A stretch of 63,703 nucleotides of DNA, the filler included, from Basidiobolus meristosporus CBS 931.73 (taxonomy: Eukaryota; Fungi; Basidiobolomycota), in NCBI GenBank assembly GCA_002104905.1. It is 4 parts of 4 records of this genome, joined end to end, with 100 filler letters (N's around TTAATTAATTAA, not from the genome) between each part and the next. Parts side by side here need not be neighbours in the genome. Positions count along the whole stretch, not along the records: positions 34,003 to 51,114 come from MCFE01001103.1; positions 51,215 to 63,703 come from MCFE01001240.1; 2 more parts are not named here. One strand, written 5' to 3'. The notes under the pieces are model-generated. The model saw nothing but the letters and a program-made list of their open reading frames with translations, was not told the DNA's origin and did no database searches. A program made the position numbers and the translations under genes. Below, one piece after another: positions 44,369 to 58,752 of the stretch; the stretch's first letter is position 1; each line of letters opens with the position of its first letter.

Positions 44369-47300
44369 TGCTGTAAGAGTCTTGGAGATATTAGAAGTGA
44401 TTGGGAGAACAAGTAGATTATGTGGTTTTCAATTAGTGATTTATTGAATGTAAAAGTAGTATTTATACTTTTACATGATTTTGGCATTGCAAACACATAG
44501 AATAGACTAAGGAAGGTCCCATGAGCATGTGTGCAAGGTTTGGGGCTGTTTGGACACTTTGAGAATTTTCATATTCTGGGTACCTGGTATTTTGGTGAAA
44601 TATTCTAAGTAAATCCTGACAAGGAATTTGGTCAGTATTCTCTAGGAATTGAAGATAATGATCTAAGTGACTAAGTTGGATGAATATTTAGGTGGAACTA
44701 TGAGTTTTTACAACACTCCCACTCAGCTAAATGTTCATACTAACTGGTCCTAACTTTGACCTAAGATATTCAAACTTGTCACTAGCTAATGGTTTGGTAA
44801 ATATGTCTGCAAACATTTCAACTGTAGGACAGTATACTAAGCTAACTAAGCTACTCTCTATAGCTTCACGTATGAAATGATGTCTAATATCTATGTGCTT
44901 GGTTCTAGCATGAAAAGTTGGATTTCTACCTATTTGTGTACATCCTTGATTATCTTGAAATAAAGTAATAGGCGTTTTTTGACATAGGCCTAAATCTGTA
45001 AAGAGCTTTCTTAACCACATTGCTTCTTTTGTAGCTTCACAGGCTGCCATTTACTCTGCCTCTGTGGTAGAAAGTGCTATGGTTGGTTGCTTTCTTGAGT
45101 TCCATGAAATTTCTCCTTTACAGTAAAGTAAGGTGTATCCTGTGGTGGAACTTCTGTCATGCAAATTTTGTCCCCAATCAGCATCAGAGTATCCCACAAG
45201 ATCCTATTGTGAATCCTTATAAGTGTATTGTCAGCAGGTATCAGCAGTTTCTTTTAGGTATCTAAAAATCCACTTAACTGCTGCAATATGATCAGATCCA
45301 TAGCTCAGATTAAGTTGGCAGACAACTCCCACTGAATATGAGATGTCTAGACATGTTCCAAGCATAATATACATCAGACTGCCAGTCATAGATTGATAAG
45401 GAAAGTCAGGGCTTTCAGATGGCATCAAGCACTCTTGATTTGGTTGAGTTTTGACCAAGTTAAGGTTTGTCTCCATTGGGGTAGCTGCTGGTGTACAGTC
45501 TTCCATCTGGTACTTCTTTAGTATATCTTGAATATACTTGAATTGACTTAGGGTGATAGTCTGGGTACTTCTGTCTATGGAGAACCTAATCTCTAAGTAG
45601 TAACTGAGTTCTCCTAGATTGGACATCTTGAACTCCTTAGGTAGGTTGGGTTTAGTCTCTTCCAATGTTTCTAGGTTATTGGCAGCTATAATAAGATCAT
45701 CCACATATAGAGCAAATAGAACTGGATTTGCTCTATCTGGCTTATTGTATATACTATAGTCAGCATTACTCCTTTTGAAACTCAAAGATTCCAAATAAGA
45801 ATCTATCTTGCAATTCCAGGCTCTTGGTGATAGTTTGAGACCATATAGTGACTTTTTAAGCTTGCAGACCAAATGGGGGTTATCTTAGTCAACAAACCCA
45901 TCAGGCTGGTCCATATACATGTCCTCATCAAGTTCTCCATTCAAAAATGCAGCTTTTACATCCATATGATGAGTAAAAAACTTATATTGGGCTGCAATAG
46001 CCAATATTAATCTGAAGGAATTAAACTTGGCTACTGATGCAAAGGTCTCAGTATAGTCAAGTCCTTTTGTTTGAGTGTATCCTTTAGCCACAAGTCTTGC
46101 TCTGTATCTTTCAATTGTACCATCAGCCTTGTATTTTGTCTTGAAGACCCATCTGCATCTAATTGATTTTTGGTTGATTGGTAATTTGACTAAGTCCCAA
46201 GTTTGATTTTCCATCAGGGCCTGATATTCCTCAGTCATTGCAGATCTCCAAAACTTTGTCTGAGGGCTATTTAGGGCCTCTTTTACAGTCTGGGGCTCAT
46301 CAATATGGACTGAATAGGCATAGGCTAAGTTTGTACCCTCATTGATATAGTAATTTGGGCTATTTCTTGTCTGATTGGATCTCCGGGCATTTGATACTGG
46401 AATGATCACTTCTGGAATATTCCTGGGCACTTATTCTGGCTGAACCATTGTTGTAGAGTCCTCTGGAGTGAAAAAATTTTCATTGTGTTGCTCTGATTCA
46501 ATCCTGACAATTGGTGGACTTGAAATCAGATACTCATCAGCATATGATATCATTTTTTGGGAGAATTTTGAATTTTCATCCAACAACACATCCCTAAACT
46601 TGATTAGCTTCATTGCTTTGGCATTGTAGAGTCTGTATGCTTTATTCTCATTGCAGTAGCCCAAAAATATGCATTTTGCACTTTTTGGCTCAAATTTTGA
46701 CTGATTTCTGGACAGTTTCTTGGCATATGCTGTACACCCATGTATTCTTAGATGTTCTGCACTTGGTCTGTACCCATACCATGCTTCAAATGCAGTAGAA
46801 TCACAGCATATTCTGCTATAACTCCTATTCTTAAGGTATACAGGAGTGGCAACTGCTTCCACCCATATATCATAGGATAATTCTTGATCATGGATCTTAG
46901 ATCTTGCCATATCAGTTATTGATCTATTAGCACATTCTGCTACTCCATTTTGCTGTGGGGAGGATGGTACAGTAGTCTCTTGCTTTATCTCATGAATTTT
47001 GCAGAAGTGGATGAAGAGTTTTGAGGTATATTCTCCACCATTGTCAGAGTGTATTTTCTTGATCTTTTCACCAGTTTCTCTCTCCACCATGGCTTTAAAC
47101 TCCCTGAACTTAGACAGAGCTTTTCCTTTTTCTCCATGAAGTAAACCCATGTGTATTTTGTATAATCATCAATAAAAGTGATTAAATACATCATCCTGCC
47201 TAAGGATAAATTTTGCATAGGTCCACACAGATCTGAGTGAATTAGAGCTAATTTTTTCTTAGTTTTGATTAACCCAGAGCTCTTGAACAATTGTCTGGCT

Positions 47301-49249
47301 TGTTTTGCATGTATGCAGGCTTCACAGTGCTCCAAATTTGCTGGGGGATCAATTTTTACTGCAGAAATTAGCTGACCTTTGATTGTTTTGCGCAAATAAT
47401 CAAAATTGATGTGCCCAAATCACCTGTGCCAAAGCATTGCTGTTTCTTCATTTAAGTTACTTATATTGGCTTCCAAATATGATGGAATATAAGTCAACTT
47501 GTATAGGTTCTGATCTCTGATACCCAAAGCAATATGGGCACCATTTTGATCAGTGATCTTGCATCCAGAATTGTCAAAGCCAAAACTGAGTCCTTCTGCT
47601 GTAGCAAAACTGAGTCCTTCTGCTGTAGCCTTGCCTACAGATAGTAGATTTTTGGCTATGTCTGGTACATAAAGTACCTCTTTAAAGGTCAGTGTATGGC
47701 TTCCTTCACTGCTTCTTGGGTTTACTTGGATAGTTCCTTCTCCCACTGCATCAAGTGTTCTATAGTCACCCATGAAAACCTTCTCAATTGGAATTTCTTG
47801 ATATTGGGTAAAAAGTTCTTGTAGGTGTGTAAAGTGTCAAGATGCTCCAGAGTCAGTATACCATGTCTGAGAATCCTTGTTTGTGGTCATATTTAGTGCA
47901 GATATGAATAGTCTATCTTCAGTTGTTGCAGCATTTCCATGTTCAGGCTTTTTCTGCTGACTGTCTCTCTTTCTGAAGTACCGGTCTGATGTGTGTCCTT
48001 TCCTTTTGCAGTAGTTGCAAAACAGGTTACTGTTGCCTTTGTAGGGTCTTGGGTTCTTCCTTTGTTGGACACCATTGCTTATTAAGGCATTTTCTTCTTC
48101 CTTCTTATTGATGCTTGATTTTCTTAATTCTTCATCCAGGAGCCTTCCATATACATAGTTTAAGGTCAAATCTTCAGTTCTGGACTCTAGGGCTGATACA
48201 AGGCCCTGAAACCTGTCTTTCAGGCTATCCAGGATGGTAACCATGACATCCTCATCAGTAGTTGGTACACCCACAAATTCCATCTGATCTAACAGCACGG
48301 TAATTCTGTTGATTAGATTTTTCATTTCTTCTCCTGGCAGCATCTTTGTGGTACAGAATTTTTGTCTCTGATACATTTTCTTAGCAGCTGAACATGACTG
48401 GTAGGTGTCTTCTAATGCTTTCCAGGCATTCTTTGCTGTTTTGCTCTTGAGCATTGAATTAGCAATTTGTCCTTGACATTAAGGCATATGCAGTTAAAGG
48501 CATTTTGTTGTTTCTTCTGGTACTTAAAGGCTTCCTCTCCCACATTTTTAGGAGGGCATTCTTCTCCCATGACAATATCCCAAAGGCCTCTTTCTTGTAG
48601 CAGCATTTTCATCTTCACCTTCCACACTTGGTAATTAGATCCATCCAACTTATCAGCAGAGGGAAAAATTCCAGTAATAGCATTAGTAGACATTGCAGAG
48701 AGTGACAGCTTGGGGCTTGTAGCCTGTTGTAAGAGTCTTGGAGATATTGGATGTGATTGGGAGTAGAAGTAGATTATGTGGTTTTCACTTATTGATTTAT
48801 TGAATGTAAAAGTAGTATTTATACTTTTACATGGTCTTGGCATTACAAATACATAGAATAGGCTAAGAAAGGTCCCAAGAACATGTGTGCAACGTTTGGG
48901 GCTGTTTGGACAACTTATCTAATTTTCATGTTCTGGGTAAATATTCTAAGTAAATCCTGACAAGGAATTTGGTCAGTATTCTCTAGGATTTGATGGTAAT
49001 GATCTAAGTGACTAAGTTAGGTGAATATTAAGGTGGAAATACAAATTTTTACAACATAAGGAAGGTCCCAAGAACATATGTGCAAAGTTTGGGGCTGTTT
49101 GGACAACTTATCTAATTTTCATGTTCTGGATAAATATTCTAAGTAAATCCCAACAAGGAATTTGGTCAGTATTCACTAGGACTTGAAGGAAATGATCTAA
49201 GTGAATAAGTTAGGAGACTATTTAGCTGGAACTACAAGTTTTTACAACA
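44369..49249 (-). mobile_element. Decayed full-length Ty1/copia (LTRs 44369-44715 and 48725-49056, plus partial LTR 49057-49249), TSD GAGAC/AAGAC
   Basis: Fragmented ORFs 44727-48843 are paralogous to 59113-63216, with multiple stops and frameshifts. Confidence 0.9.
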
Positions 49250-49438
49250 AAGACCAGGGCATTTAGGAACCAGTGGATGAACAATGGCATAATGCCACAG
49301 GATTCCTTTCAAAGTCATGGAAACAGAGTGTTACAGCAGAAATACTTACTGAATGGTGGATTTCAATGGAGTTACTTGTTGGGCATGGGGTTGGGCTTAA
49401 TGCTAGTGGTGGGGATAGGGACTTGTATAGGTCAGTAC

Positions 49439-49913
49439 TGTTGTAAAAAATTTGTATTTCCACCTAAATATTCACCTAACTTAGTCACTTAGATCATTAC
49501 CATCAAATCCTAGAGAATACTGACCAAATTCCTTGTCAGGATTTACTTAGAAAATTTACCCAGAACATGAAAATTAGATAAGTTGTCCAAACAGCCCCAA
49601 ACTTTGCACACATGTTCTTGGGACCTTCCTTAACCTATTCTACGTGTTTGTAATGCCAAGACCAGGTAAAAGTATAAATACTACTTTTACATTCAATAAA
49701 TCATTAAGTGAAAACCACATAATCTACTTGTCCTCCCAATCACTTCCAATATCTCCAAGACTCTTACAACACCTTAAACCATTCTATGTGTTTGTAGTGC
49801 CAAGACCATGTAAAAGTATAAATACTACTTTTACATTCAATAAATCAATAAGTGAAAACCACATATCTACTTGTTCTCCAATCACATCCAATATCTCCAA
49901 GACTCTTACAACA
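49439..49913 (+). mobile_element. Copia solo LTR (49439-49771) plus partial LTR (49772-49913), TSD AGTAC/AGCAC
   Basis: TGTTGTA...TACAACA termini; reverse complement of the 58753 LTR. Confidence 0.85.
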
Positions 49914-51114
49914 AGCACAATTGGCAATTGAGTTACAACTCAAGTTTCAACAGAAATAAACCATTTGTATGCATGCAAAGTAAGAGCATTAGTTGAGTCA
50001 GGAAGTAAAGAGTGTGGAAAAGAGGCAATAGCCAATCAATGTACACAAACACAGGGGGTGATTGAGTGTCCAGGATCAGAAAGTGAGAGGATTAGCAGAG
50101 AACCAATTAAAAGCCACTTATGCATTGTTGCTATGAAAAGTTTTAACAAAGTTTTTTGCAAAGTCAGGGTGCAATTTTTTTACAGTCTTTGCATAGTGTC
50201 CTGATGGAATCAAGACTCTTTGTCACAGGATTTTAATTTTGTGATGGCCTTCTGATGGGATTATCACAATTATTTTTCATAGGGGACTAAGAGGGGTGAA
50301 TACTTAGGTAGAATTGCAAAGTTTTACAACATAAATACCACTTTTACATTGGATAATCATTAATTGAAACCATGTAATCTACTTGTTCTCCTATCACTTT
50401 CAATATCTTCAATACTCTGATAGCACCAAAAACATATGTCAAAGGTAGAGGCTGTTTGGTCAACTTATCAAATTTTCATGTTCTGGGCACCTGATGTCTT
50501 GGTGAAAATATTCTAAATAGATCCCAGCAAGGAATTTTGTTAGTATTCTCTAAGATTTTTAGGCAATGATCTAAGTGACTAAGTTGGGGTGACTATTTAG
50601 GGTGAATTACAAAACATAAAACACAATCAATGTGCAAGAGCATAGAGGTGGATTGAGTGCCTGGGATCAGGAAATGAGAAAGGAGGCAGACAACCAAGCA
50701 ACAGCAACTCAAGAGCTGTCAAAGTGAGAAAATTTGACCAAGGTTTTTTGGATATTCCGAGTGCAATTTCATTCAGATAGTTCTTGTATGGTGTTCTGAT
50801 GGCCTCAATACCTCTTAGTCATGGGATCTCAATTTTGCGGTGGTCTTCTGATTGGGTCATCACCGTGATTTTTCATAGGGGCCGGGAATTCAGAGCATGT
50901 AATGACTGAATGTGATCCAGATGCCCCAAATTTTGCTTATGTGCTGCTGGGACCCTTCTAAACATCGAAATTGACAACAGTTGAACCATAGGCGCAATGA
51001 TGCTAATCATTTGCAATGGTGGCTAAGCTCAGGTTACTTAACACGCCACAGATGACCAATGGGATCGGGAGCACCACCAGAATTCAAGGCGTATTTGATT
51101 ACCCAGAAAGCACT

Positions 51115-51214
51115 NNNNNNNNNNNNNNNNNNNNNNNNNNNNNNNNNNNNNNNNNNNNTTAATTAATTAANNNNNNNNNNNNNNNNNNNNNNNNNNNNNN
51201 NNNNNNNNNNNNNN
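51115..51214. other. Artificial contig spacer
   Basis: 44 N + TTAATTAATTAA + 44 N. Confidence 0.98.
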
Positions 51215-51700
51215 TTCATTGTTGCACTCATTGGCTTCATGGATCTTCAATTTCTTATGATTTTTAGGCTTTGGTATAAACACCACATTGTCTCCCTCCC
51301 ACGCTGTGTTGGGTTTTCTGTGGGCTTTATCTTTGCGCACTGTTGTTGTGCTTCAAAGCCTGTACGGTGTTCCTATGCGGTTACATTGGGAAATGGCTCA
51401 ATTCTTGGCTGTGACATTGAGCTACTTGAGTTCCTTCTTTGCAGCAAATATGCTGCTTTCTCTACCTGGGATATTGACTGCTCTACATATATTATCTGCT
51501 CATCCTGTTCCTGGACTATTTCCTGATTTCTCTGGGCCATTGCAACTATCCTATCAGCCACTGCACCTAATTGCCTCATTAATGCTTTGGAATGAGCTGA
51601 CAACATACTTGCTAATATGGGTGGTGGTGATGTTATCATGGCCACTTGCTGATTTGTGCTTGTCTACTGAAGAACATCAATTAGCAGGGCAAAGGTATGG
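51215..51700 (-). pseudogene. Remnant of CACTA ORF-X N-terminal region
   Basis: AMITSPPPILASMLSAH...SSSMSQPRIEPF is nearly identical to ORF 56918-57592. Confidence 0.8.
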
Positions 51701-53799
51701 TAAGTTGTGTTGAAATATTCAAGAGAAATATTGGATGTAAAAAGGAGAATTAGAACATTTACATGATATTCACTTGATGATTGATTGAGTTTCAACAAAG
51801 TATTTATACTCATTGACAAGCTACATAAATGTCCCTATATGGTCATTGTCAGGAGAGTCTCAGGGGTGCATGTGCCCAGTTTCAGCTCATTTGGACAAAT
51901 TTCAAATTTTCCCAAAATTCTGTACTTCACTAATTCCTAAAAATTAGCAATACCTTACAAACTTATTCTTAAGATGATATTCTGAAATACATTACTTAAC
52001 TAAGTGCTAGCTCATTATTTATCAATAATTAGGTGAACTCCTAATTATTTCAACAGATGACTCACATAATATATTTATGTACATATGAGCTTGCTGTGGT
52101 GTTGCAAATCTTTTGGTTGAAAATATACCTGCAAATAACCATCTAACCTATTGGACTAATATATTCTCCAACATATTTTAGGGCTTGCATTTTTTTGATA
52201 AAAATTAAGTACAAGCTGTTGCTACTGATCACATACCGCAGATCAAATTATTTTGAGTCTAAATTCTGATACCATCACAAAATATCTATAAATGAGTATC
52301 ATCCACTTGAATGGAGTAACACTTTTCCAATACTGATCATATTCTATTATACTTCCTACCATTAGGTATCTGTGCTTTCAGGCTTTCTGCTGCTGCTTAA
52401 TTGAGCATAATTGGTCTATAATTGACAAAGTTAGGATGAAATCTCCTTCTGATAGATCAGGATTATCCACAGTTCCAGTAGATAGTCTAGTTCACTTGGA
52501 CTATTCTCCATCTCTTCAATACTGGATCTGAACAATCACTTTCCTCATATGTTCCATATATCATCTGCTAGAGCCAATAGCTAGTAAGTATTATGGTAGC
52601 CTTAGTCTTCATTGGTTGACCTAATGTTTCCACTTCTGGACTGGTGCTTTCAGTGGTATTTAGACTAGGTTTTTTTCATTCCTGATCCAGGATTTTGTAC
52701 TCCCATTGAAGCTACATCTTCTGGTGCTTCTGGCCTTCTAAGATTGACTTTGTATAGCTCATATATGTCCTTCTGATCTAGGTATAACTCTTGTGGACTC
52801 ATATCTCTGCTACATTCTCAGACTTTCTGGTTGCATCTTGATAGGCTTGATATGGTATCACAGGGTACCACAGCCTGGTTGGTAGCTATTCATAAAGGCT
52901 TCATCCTACAAAGGATACTTTATTTGTCTGTCAAATTAGCATAATGCTGTTGTAATCTTAAGTAGCTTCTAATTGGTTCTCTTCTAATTCTCTGACCTTC
53001 TGATCCCGGACACTTAATCACCTCCTATGCTTGTGTACATTGGCTGGCTATTGACTCTTTTTCACACTCCTTGCTTCCTGTCTCAACCAATGCTCTTACT
53101 TTTCATGCATACAAGTTGGTTTATTTCTGCTGAACCTTCAGTTGTAGCTCAGTTCCTAATTTTACTGACCTATGCAAGTCCCTATACCCAACATTTACAC
53201 TAAGCTCAACCCCACACTCAACAAGTAGCTCCATTATAATCCACTATTCATGAAGTATTTCCACCACAGCACCCTTTTTCCATGACTTTGGCAGGAACTC
53301 TACAGCTCTATGCCATTCTCACTTACTGGTTACTACATGTACTGGTCTTCAGCTGGCACTGTAAGGTCTAACACCTCATTTGCCAGTCTTTGCAATAAAT
53401 CCTTGCAATATTAAAGTTTTATTTTCTTGAGCACTGCTCTTGATGAAGTGCTGCAACCTCTTGGTGTGCCAATTAATGTTCCAGAACTCCACTGTAGGCA
53501 TTATGAAAGTTTTCTGAGTCTTTGGCTTTGTTGCTTTGTCTATCAGTGGGATCTCCACTCTGTCTATGGCAGTTTGGGAAACCTATCAAATTTTCATGTT
53601 CTGGGGATCTGATGTTCTGGTGAAAGTGTTCCAAGTAAATCCCAACAAGGAATTTTGTTAGTATTCTCTAAGATTTGTAGGTAGTAATTGAAGTGATTAA
53701 GTTAGGTGGATATTTTGGTGCAACTATAAGTTTCTGCAACAATTACAACACTTGGCAGGCTGTTCTTTACCCTATGAAAAATTATTGAGATGATCCCGT

Positions 53800-54870
53800 T
53801 GTAGTGGGGTGACAGTGACACCCACTGACAGATGTGCTCATTCCCTTATTTTCTACTTCCCTATATCTCTACTACACTTATTTTAGTTTTATCCCATTTG
53901 TCTTACCCAATCAGTACTATCCCATAAGCCAGTTGACTATCTCACCTGCTTACCTTATTGCATAAGTTACCCCTCACTTTATGTAAGATTACTAGCTATA
54001 AGTGCTTCTACATTAGGCAAGTACCCACGCCAGTACCTGTGACACATGATCTACTTGGGTCACCATCCCTACCATTTCCATACCATATTTGGTATCCCTA
54101 TGTTACACAGGTTTCAGAACACTGATTCCTGATTGGTTGGATGTGCTGTGCCACTTAGAACCTTCCAGCACCTACTTAGAATATTCTTAGGTCATTCTGA
54201 TGTCATTAAGATTTCTATTGATATCTAGAACCTTCTGGAATACTATGCTTAGTAATCACTTAGCTAGTGAGAGAAGTATATAAGGGAGGCTATCCCTCAA
54301 CAATAAATCATTATCCCTTTTATCAATATACCAACTTGTTGATTAGTGTGATCACTGCTACCTGCTGCTACCTGAACTTCCAAACCTGGACCACAGGACA
54401 CTCCCTGGAAACCGCACTGACAGCCAACTGACCTTGGAGGTACTACTTGTGAGGAATACTCAGAGTAGGTATCTTTTATTATATTTGATTCTTTCCTAAG
54501 TTTGTTCTTGTACAGGCAAAGATACTTTTCTGTCTTTGTAACTATTGACCACAGCTGCATTCTTATCAAGTCCCTGCTGGTGGAGTTTACAGTTTTTTTG
54601 ACTTTGGAAGCTTTAGTACATTGTCATCTCAAAGGACGCTGAACCCAGCACATACTTTTGTTAAGATGCCAGCTAAGTTGGGGATTGTAGCCCAATAGCT
54701 TTCCCTTAACAAGCTTGTGGCTTTATACCCCATCACATTAGATTAGAGACAGAACCCAAGTATTCCTAGCAAGCTTTTGCCAGAGATTATCACACCCAGT
54801 GAACACCCCACACACAAAACACTTGAGAAATGTTGGATGTATCTCTCCCTTGGACCTATACACCACCACA
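53800..54870. mobile_element. Solo LTR (1071 bp), 4-bp TSD CCGT
   Basis: TGTAGTGG...CCACCACA termini; CCGT at 53796-53799 and 54871-54874. Confidence 0.9.
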
Positions 54871-54899
54871 CCGTAAAAAGGCTGTCACAAAGTTAATGT

Positions 54900-57592
54900 C
54901 CCGTGACTGAGAGGTACTGATCTTGTCAGGACTCCGTCCGGAGACTGTTGAAAAATAATTGCACCCCAGGTTTCACAAAAAACTTTGTCAAAATCTTTCA
55001 TCACAACAATGTATAAGTGGCTTTTGATTGGTTCCCTGCCATTTTGCTCACTTTCTGATCCCAGACACTCTATTGCCTCCTATGATTGTGTGAATTGATT
55101 GGCTATTGCCTCTTTTTCACACTCCTTACTTTCTGGCTCAACCGTTTCTCTTACTTTTCATGCGTACAAATTGGTTTATTTCCGTTGAAACTTTAGTTGT
55201 ACCTCAATTGCCAATTGTATTGGCCTATACAAATCTCTATACCCTACACCAACATTAAGCCCAACTCCACACTCAACAAGTAACTCCATTAAAATCCACC
55301 ACTCAATAAGTATTTCTGCTGTAACGCTCTGGTTCCACAACTTTGGCAGGAACCCAATGGCTTTATGCCACTGTTCATTCACTGGTTCCCACATGTCCTG
55401 GTCTTCAGCTGGCACTGCAAGGTCTAGCTCCTCATCTGCCAGTCTTTGCAATAAATCCTTGCAATATTCCAGTGCGTTTTCTTGAGCACTGCTTGTGAAG
55501 AAGTGCTGCAACCTCTTGGTGTGCCTATTAATGTTCCAAAATCCACTGAAGGCATTGTGATAGTCTCTTAAGCTCTTGATGTTGTAGCCTTGTCTGTCAG
55601 TGGGATCTCCACTCTGTCAACAATGGAGGCTGTGGAGGCTGTGGAGGCTGTGGTAGACAAATTGCCTTTTTAGCAAACTCATCTACCGTGCTGGAGTGTA
55701 GCTCAACTGGCTGCACTTCCAACTCTTGCAAAAACAGCGGTTTTCTTGCTGGTAACTCTTCTTGGCTATGATGGGATTCAGTCTGTTCCTGGCTTGCGGC
55801 GTTAATTGGCAAGAACCGCAGTGTTTTTTGCATGCCTCCCTGTCTCAGGCTAAGGTATGTTGTAAGAGTCTTGGAGATATTGGAAGTGATTGGGAGGACA
55901 AGTAGATTATGTGGTTTTCACTTAATGATTTATTGAATGTAAAAGTAGTATTTATACTTTTACCTGGTCTTGGCATAACAAACATGTAGAATAGGTTAGG
56001 GAAGGTCCCAAGAACATGTGTGCAAAGTTTGGGGCTGTTTGGACAACTTTGAGAATTTCCATGTTCTGGGTACCTGGTATTTTGGTGAAAATATTCTAAG
56101 TAAATCCCAACAAGGAATTTGGCAGTATTCTCTAGGATCTGAAGGTAATGATCTAAGTGACTAAGTTAGGTGAATATTTAGGTGGAAATACAAATTTCTA
56201 CAACAGGGTAGACATTTTTCCCTTTACCTTTTCCTTTTTCACTGCCAGGTCTTTCACTGCTACTTTGTCTGAGTGCTTCTTGTAAAGAAGTACGTTTTCT
56301 CCTAGATAAATTCTGCTCTGACGCATCTGTTTTGGCCTGCTTGTCCCTTGCTGGCACTCTTCTGGCAACTGGATGTTTCTTTTCAGCTTGTTTTGAGCTC
56401 TCAAACGTAGTTGTGATGGGCTCCTGTAAAAGCAACTGGTTTTTATCACTGCCAGGTCCTTCACTGCTACTATGACTGGGTGCTTCTTGAGTGGTACTAT
56501 GCTTTTTCCTTGATGAATGTTGTGCTGGTGCATCCATGTCTGCCTGCTTGTCCTTAATTGGCACTCTTCCCGCTGCCTGACATCTCTTTGACACTTGTCT
56601 AGAGCTTTTGGCCCTGCTTGTAATGGGCTCTTGAGGAAGCCACTGGTTTTTAGCTATGGCACCCTTGTTCTTCTGCCTTTGATAGTTTCTGCTATTCTTA
56701 AGATACTTTCCTAGCATACCAATGCTGTCCCAAAATCTGTTTGCCCATTTGAATCCAGGATAATGCTCATGGAACAAGTCAAGTGCATTCTGCTTGGCCT
56801 TGAGTTCCTGATGGTCCCATGGTATGCTGGTCTTAAGGTGATGGCATGCTAGACTTCTGACGGCCTCTTGTATATTAGCCCACTCTTCATTATTACACTC
56901 AATGGCTTCACAGATCTTCATTGTCTTTTGATTTTTAGGCTTTGGTATAAACACCACATTGTCTCCCTCCCATGCTGCAATAGATTTTTCTGTGGGCACT
57001 GTTGTTGTGCTTCCAAGACTGTATGGTGTTCCTCTGCTGTTACATTGAGAAATGGCTCAATTCTTGGCTGTGACATTGAGCTACTTGAGTTCCTTCTTTG
57101 CAGCAAAGATACTGCTTTCTCTACCTGGGATATTAATTGCTCTACACATATGATCCACTCATCCTGTTTCTGGACTACTTCCTGATTTCTCTGGGCCATT
57201 GCATCTATCCTATCAGCCACTGCACCTAATTGCTTCATTAATGCTGTGGTATGAGCTGACAACATGCTTGCTAATATGGGTGGTGGTGATGTTATCATGG
57301 CCACTTTCTGATCTTTAACAGAGGGTACTGCATTTGCTACATTCTCATCTGCCTGAGCATAATGGTCAGCTTGTGGCTCCACAGAGGTTCTCAATTGCCT
57401 ACTTGACTGAGAGCCTGAGGAGTCTGCATTATTAACTTCAATGGGCACACTGTCCACAGGGCCTTTTTTTGATATAGCCCCACTTGTTGCACTGAATGTC
57501 AAAGCAAGCTGTTGTCCAACTGTTCTTCTGTTGCCGTCAGTGGTGGGGTTTGGATGAGAACCAGACAACTTTGCTTTATTTTTTGGTGGCAT
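54900..57592 (-). pseudogene. CACTA accessory ORF-X (TnpA-like position), frameshifted and interrupted by a solo LTR
   Basis: ORFs 56918-57592, 56178-56999, 55597-55833 and 55176-55511; contains a W..IQ..VRSLA..HL....PW..Q...K...F...YP.F..W helical domain; several paralogous remnants. Confidence 0.6.
55858..56205 (-). mobile_element. Copia solo LTR (348 bp), TSD AGGTA/GGGTA
   Basis: Near-identical to 58753-59101; TG..CA termini. Confidence 0.92.
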
Positions 57593-58752
57593 ATATATGG
57601 AAGTGAGTCAAACCAAAGGGGAAATAGTGTTACATATACGTGTGTATGTGGTGCCACAACTTTATTTATAATGTTTACTATGGCGGGTCATCATTGAATC
57701 CTACATTCATGTAGGTGCAATGTCTCAAATACAAGACTGTCTTAAGTTCACATGAGTATTGACCAAAAAGTGATATAATAGAATTATGTTGTTGAAGGTC
57801 AAACTGTTTGCCCCATGGCAAAGACTACTTTGACTCAACGCTGTAAGAGAAGAGAAAAAAGACCATGTGGCTATTGTGGCAAGCCTCTCAGCCATGAAGC
57901 ACACAGCTAGCATAGGAAGTATTACAAGGATCACGGCCAGTGTCTTGCCACCCAAGTCATATTTGACCATTCATCAGTCACTATTGTACAAACATTATCT
58001 TGCCGGCCAGTTTATACTTCTAGATCAGCACCTGGCCATCTTTGTCACCTTGCGCAAACTGAGTCAGGTGAGTTTGTGACACCTTTAGGCTCACCTCAGC
58101 CTTCTTAATATGCCACGCAGAGTGATAACTCTGACAAAGAAGGTTCATCAATGGATTTTGAGCCTATCCCCCCTAACAACAGTACCACTTATGAGCCCGG
58201 TCAAATCCCTATATGCAATCAGACAACACCTGTTGAGACAAATGCCAAGGATACTTTATGGAGCCAAGTGAGCCCAGTAATCCATCTACTGGTGAATGAT
58301 GTGATGTTGTGGCTAGAGAAGTGGTGTGTTTCCACTAATATCAGTTATGGGGGCTTTGAGGATTTATTACTACTTCTTGCCAAAATCATACCAGGATGCA
58401 ACTTACCATGTACATGGTACAAGTGGACAACTGTCATGTGGCTGGCAACATATGATCCAGAGACTGTCCTGATTCCAGCATGTGTTAACAGTTGCATGGC
58501 ATTCACATCCAAAAATGCTACCATTGCAACGTGTCCAAACTGGCAGGAATCCACCACCATTGAGGGAAAACATTGTTCACACTCCAGATATATGCCGGTC
58601 ATACCCCATCTGAGGAAGCTGATGCAGTCCAACAAATATTGCAAAGCTATACAGTACCGCACTCAGTATCAATCAGCGCAAACATATCCAATATATTCAA
58701 TGATAAACATTACAAACAGCTAAGAAGGAAGGGCTACTTTGAAGATATGTAT

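Larger units (their letters stand above)
44082..50284 (+). mobile_element. Second CACTA terminal remnant (44082-44368, 49250-49438, 49914-50284) split by copia insertions
   Basis: Repeat sequence resumes across the TSDs; ends TTTTCATAGGG at 50284; a third terminus ends at 50880. Confidence 0.65.

Noticed and set aside
51700-52950. CpG-poor, stop-riddled sequence that may be a gag-like relic
   Set aside because: No diagnostic motif or boundaries were found, so it is left unclassified.
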